Shown here in pieces: positions 60,766 to 64,000 of a stretch of DNA of 64,000 nucleotides. The notes under the pieces were generated by a model, which was not told the DNA's origin, ran no database searches, and saw only the letters and a list, made by a program, of their open reading frames with translations. Source of the stretch: Lytechinus pictus. Taxonomy: Eukaryota. The stretch's first letter is position 1, and each line of letters opens with the position of its first letter. The stretch is taken from assembly GCF_037042905.1 (NCBI RefSeq), contig NC_087251.1, positions 26,476,001 to 26,540,000 of the forward strand. Direction: 5' to 3'. The position numbers were made by a program, and so were the translations under genes.

Positions 60766-62473
60766 TTTTATTTGGCAAGTCACCATAACATATATACAGT
60801 ATAGCGCATTAAAACAACAGGCTTGCACAGGATGACCCACGAAAGCTCGAAAGCTTATTTCCAGTGGGGTCCTCGACATACAGAATTAAGATGATAAAAT
60901 GGTAAAATTATACTATTTACATAATTAAAAAATGAAGAAAAAAAAAATCAGACTTTACTATCACCAATAAATATACAAGAATATAACGAAGAAGAAGAAG
61001 GAGAAGGAGGAGGAGGAATAGAAGAAGAAAGGGGAGGAGAAGGAGACGGAAGAAAAGGATGAGGAAGAAAAATAATAAGAAGAAGAACAGCAAAAACGGC
61101 GACAACAATAACAACACGAAGAGGAGAATAGAAGGAAGAGATAAAAGAAATAGAAAGAATAGAAGAAAGGACATATCGAAGCTTCAATCAAACTATGTAA
61201 AATAAGTAATAATACCTGGTAGAGAAGAGAAAAGAACGTGGTCAGTAGGCCTATTCAGGCTAAATCAACCGTATAACATATATCATTTGCATCTTCTCTT
61301 TGACTCTCAAGTGAAAGATATTCTTTCAATTTCCTCTTAAAATGCAAAAAGTTTCCTATTTCCTTTATATCATTGGGAAGGGAATTCCAATGTTTTATAG
61401 CATTGTAATAAAAGGAGTTACCAATACTACCTACCCTTTCTGGTAAGCAAAAGTTGAAATGGCTGTTTCTTGTATTATAGTTATGTAATTCGGTAACTAG
61501 ATTAAAGTTTGATCCAATGTAATGATTCGATCTATTGTGATAGAGTTTATGCACGTGGTGCAAAATAAGCTGTTTTGATCTTTTGTTGACTTCAAGAAAA
61601 CCTGCTCCAGAGAGTTCGGTGTAGCCAACATGGGTTCTGTGACCAGAACAGTTAATGAATCTAACCATTTTATTCTGTATAATTTTCAACTTCTTTTTAT
61701 CGAGTTCGCTTATGCCACTAAACCAAGCAGGGTTAGCATAGTCAAATAAACTCTGAATAAGAGCAAAACAGAGAATACGCCTTGCTTTTTTATCCATACA
61801 ACTTAATTTGATACCTGTACAGAAATTTCAAACGGGCATTCGCCTTTTTCACGATTTATTCTACTAAAGATGAAGATGAAAGGGAGCTAGTCAACTCAAT
61901 GCCTAAATACTTTACATATTCTTTCCTCTGAATTATCTTATTATTGTATGATACTTCAAATACAAATGAAGTTTTATAATTACTTTAGAACAAAACAGAC
62001 TGCTCTCGGTTTTGCCTAAGTGTAACGATAATCTATTATTAGTCATCCAATCGACACATGTAGACAGCTGTTCACTAAGTTTTTCCTCAACAAATTTTGG
62101 GTTGGAATTTGAACAAAGTAGTACGCTATCATCTGCATACAATAATAGTTTACAGTCAGCTTTTATACAAATAGACATGTCATTGATATAAGTTGAAAAT
62201 AGAATTGGGCCTAAAATACTTCCCTGTGGAACTCCACAGGTTATAGGCATAATTTTGGAACGAATATCGCGAATAGCCACTACTTGATGTCAATTCGACA
62301 AGTAGGATTTGAACCATGCTACAGTAGCCTGGTTAAAACCCATTATTTGTAATTTTTCAATAAGATGCCATGATTAACTGTATCAAATGCTTTTTGAAGA
62401 TCTAGGAGTACCATCCCAACGAATTGTCCCTTAGAAATATTAGTTCTCAGATAATCAGTCAAGTGAATAAGGC
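60752..62473 (-). mobile_element. 5'-truncated, frameshifted non-LTR retrotransposon (L2/Crack-like reverse transcriptase)
   Basis: LLDLQKAFDTVNHGILL, GVPQGSILGPILF, YADD, LHLGKTE and LIQSLFDYA spread over broken frames; 3'UTR stem GACCC...GGGTC, then AATAAA and an (ATCA)n tail. Confidence 0.9.
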
Positions 62474-62735
62474 ATGATGATGATGAAGATGATGATGGCG
62501 ACGACGATGATGATGAAGAAGAAGAGGAAGATGATGATGAAGAAGAAGAAGAAGAAGATGATGATGATGATGACGAAAATGAAGAGGATGCAGGTGGTAT
62601 CAATGACGATGGAAGGGATGATAATGATCCATTGAATTGATAACGCTGATGATGATGTTTTCAGATCTCTCTTCAAGCGGGCCTAGGCCATTTCTTTCTT
62701 TCTTTCTTTCTTTCCTTCCTTCCTTCCTTCCTTCC
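62474..62735. repeat. (GAT/GAA)n and (TTTC/TTCC)n simple repeats
   Basis: Direct reading. Confidence 0.85.
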
Positions 62736-62899
62736 CATGGCCCTGGGAAGCGGAAGTGTACCCCCAACATTTTTCTTGGGGATGCTGCGTGTGTTATTTT
62801 CCATAGGCAGCACCCCCTGGAAATCTGGTAGGTATGATGACAGAAATGTAATGAAAATGAAAGACGTTTTGTAGGACCCCCCCCCCCCCCCCCCCCACA

Positions 62900-63920
62900 C
62901 ACGCACTTCAGAATTTTCCTACACAGTGCTTAAAATAGTGTTTAAATTCACCCTTTTTCAGATTGGAATATCAAATATTTTCAGCTCGCGCTTCGCGCGC
63001 GCATTATTGATTTTTATAATTAAAAAAATGAATTTAGAATGCCAGATTCTTAGTCTAAATCTAAACACGCGCACGCATGTTTGTTCAGATACGCCACTTG
63101 TTTTTTTTTTTTTTATAAATAATTTATTTAAAGGGGTACTAATCTAAATAGAATAAAATTAACAGAGCAAAATGCTGAAAATTATATCAAAATCCGATAA
63201 CAAATAGTGAAGTTATTCATATTTAATGTTTAGCAATATTTTGTGAAAACAGTGATATGCACGTCGTCATGAATTAATAGATGAGTTGATGATGTCCCAT
63301 CCCCACTATCGTTTTTTCTTATTATCACATGGAATCGAAATTGTTTCATTTTTTTTTTCATTCAAGTGTGAATGATATATCTCCCATGTAATGAAATAAG
63401 TTGCAGCAATGAATATCTAATGCACTAAATAAGTTGCCAATTCAATTGTTTTGGTTTTTAAGGGAAAAATTGAATACACCTATTGTCATATAATAAAATT
63501 CAAAAGTACAAGTGGGGATATAACATCATCAGTTTGCTCATTGAATAGGCCTATTCATGAAGACATGCCTAGAACTGTTTCACCGGTATAATGCAAATCT
63601 TTAACATGCAATTACTTTGTTATTCCTTGTCCAACTTTGTTCAAATCTTCATTATTTTGTTCGTCTGATTTTTTCTTTATCTGTTCAAGCCATATTATCT
63701 TCAGCCTGGAATACCCCTTTGAAACGTGCTTAAATTATAAAATTTCAGATCGGAATATCAGAAAATTTCTGCTCGCGCTTCGCGCTCACATTATCAATAT
63801 AGGAAGATACCCAATTACCCATCCTTTTACTGATTTGCAAATCATGAATAGAACGTCCCGTTCTTAGGTCATAAATCTAAAAAAAAAATGATCGCGCTTG
63901 GCGTTTGCATCAAATGTCTG
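62900..63920. repeat. CTCGCGCTTCGCGC-motif repeat, interrupted by a family-B MITE at 63132-63718
   Basis: TTCAGAT(T/C)GGAATATCA...GCTCGCGCTTCGCGC on both sides; the insert starts TTAA|AGGGGTACT and is the inverse of 6957-7568. Confidence 0.7.
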
Positions 63921-63926
63921 GTTATT

Positions 63927-64000
63927 TAATAATACAAAATAATAATAATACAAAACATTTATACAGGGCGCTTAATACGGGCGTTTCTAAGCGCGCTGTG
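63927..64000 (-). mobile_element. Probable SINE 3' tail cut by the window edge
   Basis: (TAA)n...CATTTAT..GGCGC pattern resembling the tail at 35582-35620. Confidence 0.4.

Noticed and set aside
60454..60879. Longer FNTB N-terminus from the 178-aa ORF
   Set aside because: The upstream part runs through a microsatellite and LINE tail; homology and start context point to the ATG at 60453.

Overview
AT-rich, intron-rich animal genomic DNA. The repeat landscape suggests a sea urchin or related marine deuterostome (inference only). Two conserved genes face each other tail-to-tail. MAX (bHLH-Zip, + strand) has exons at 601-618 (candidate microexon), 10544-10651, 11605-11728 and 14803-15005; its first exon was not found and probably lies upstream of the window. 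FNTB (farnesyltransferase beta, - strand) is complete: 12 coding exons from 60453 down to 33132, 412 aa. The same convergent pair exists in human. FNTB intron 6 hosts an unrecognised antisense gene (43533-44097 + 44764-45887, 562 aa, basic N-terminal half, very acidic tail). The rest is long 3'UTR-like and intronic DNA full of non-autonomous DNA transposons (TTAA-, CWG- and TA-targeting), a tRNA-derived SINE, a decayed L2/Crack-like LINE and microsatellites. The most unusual signals are the nested gene, the MAX microexon, a ~79-bp tandem repeat built from an FNTB exon/intron junction, TA->TACATGTA/TAGGCCTA scars and an orphan 9-nt microexon. All exon calls were made by eye from splice signals, frame continuity and recalled homology; no searches or folding were run.
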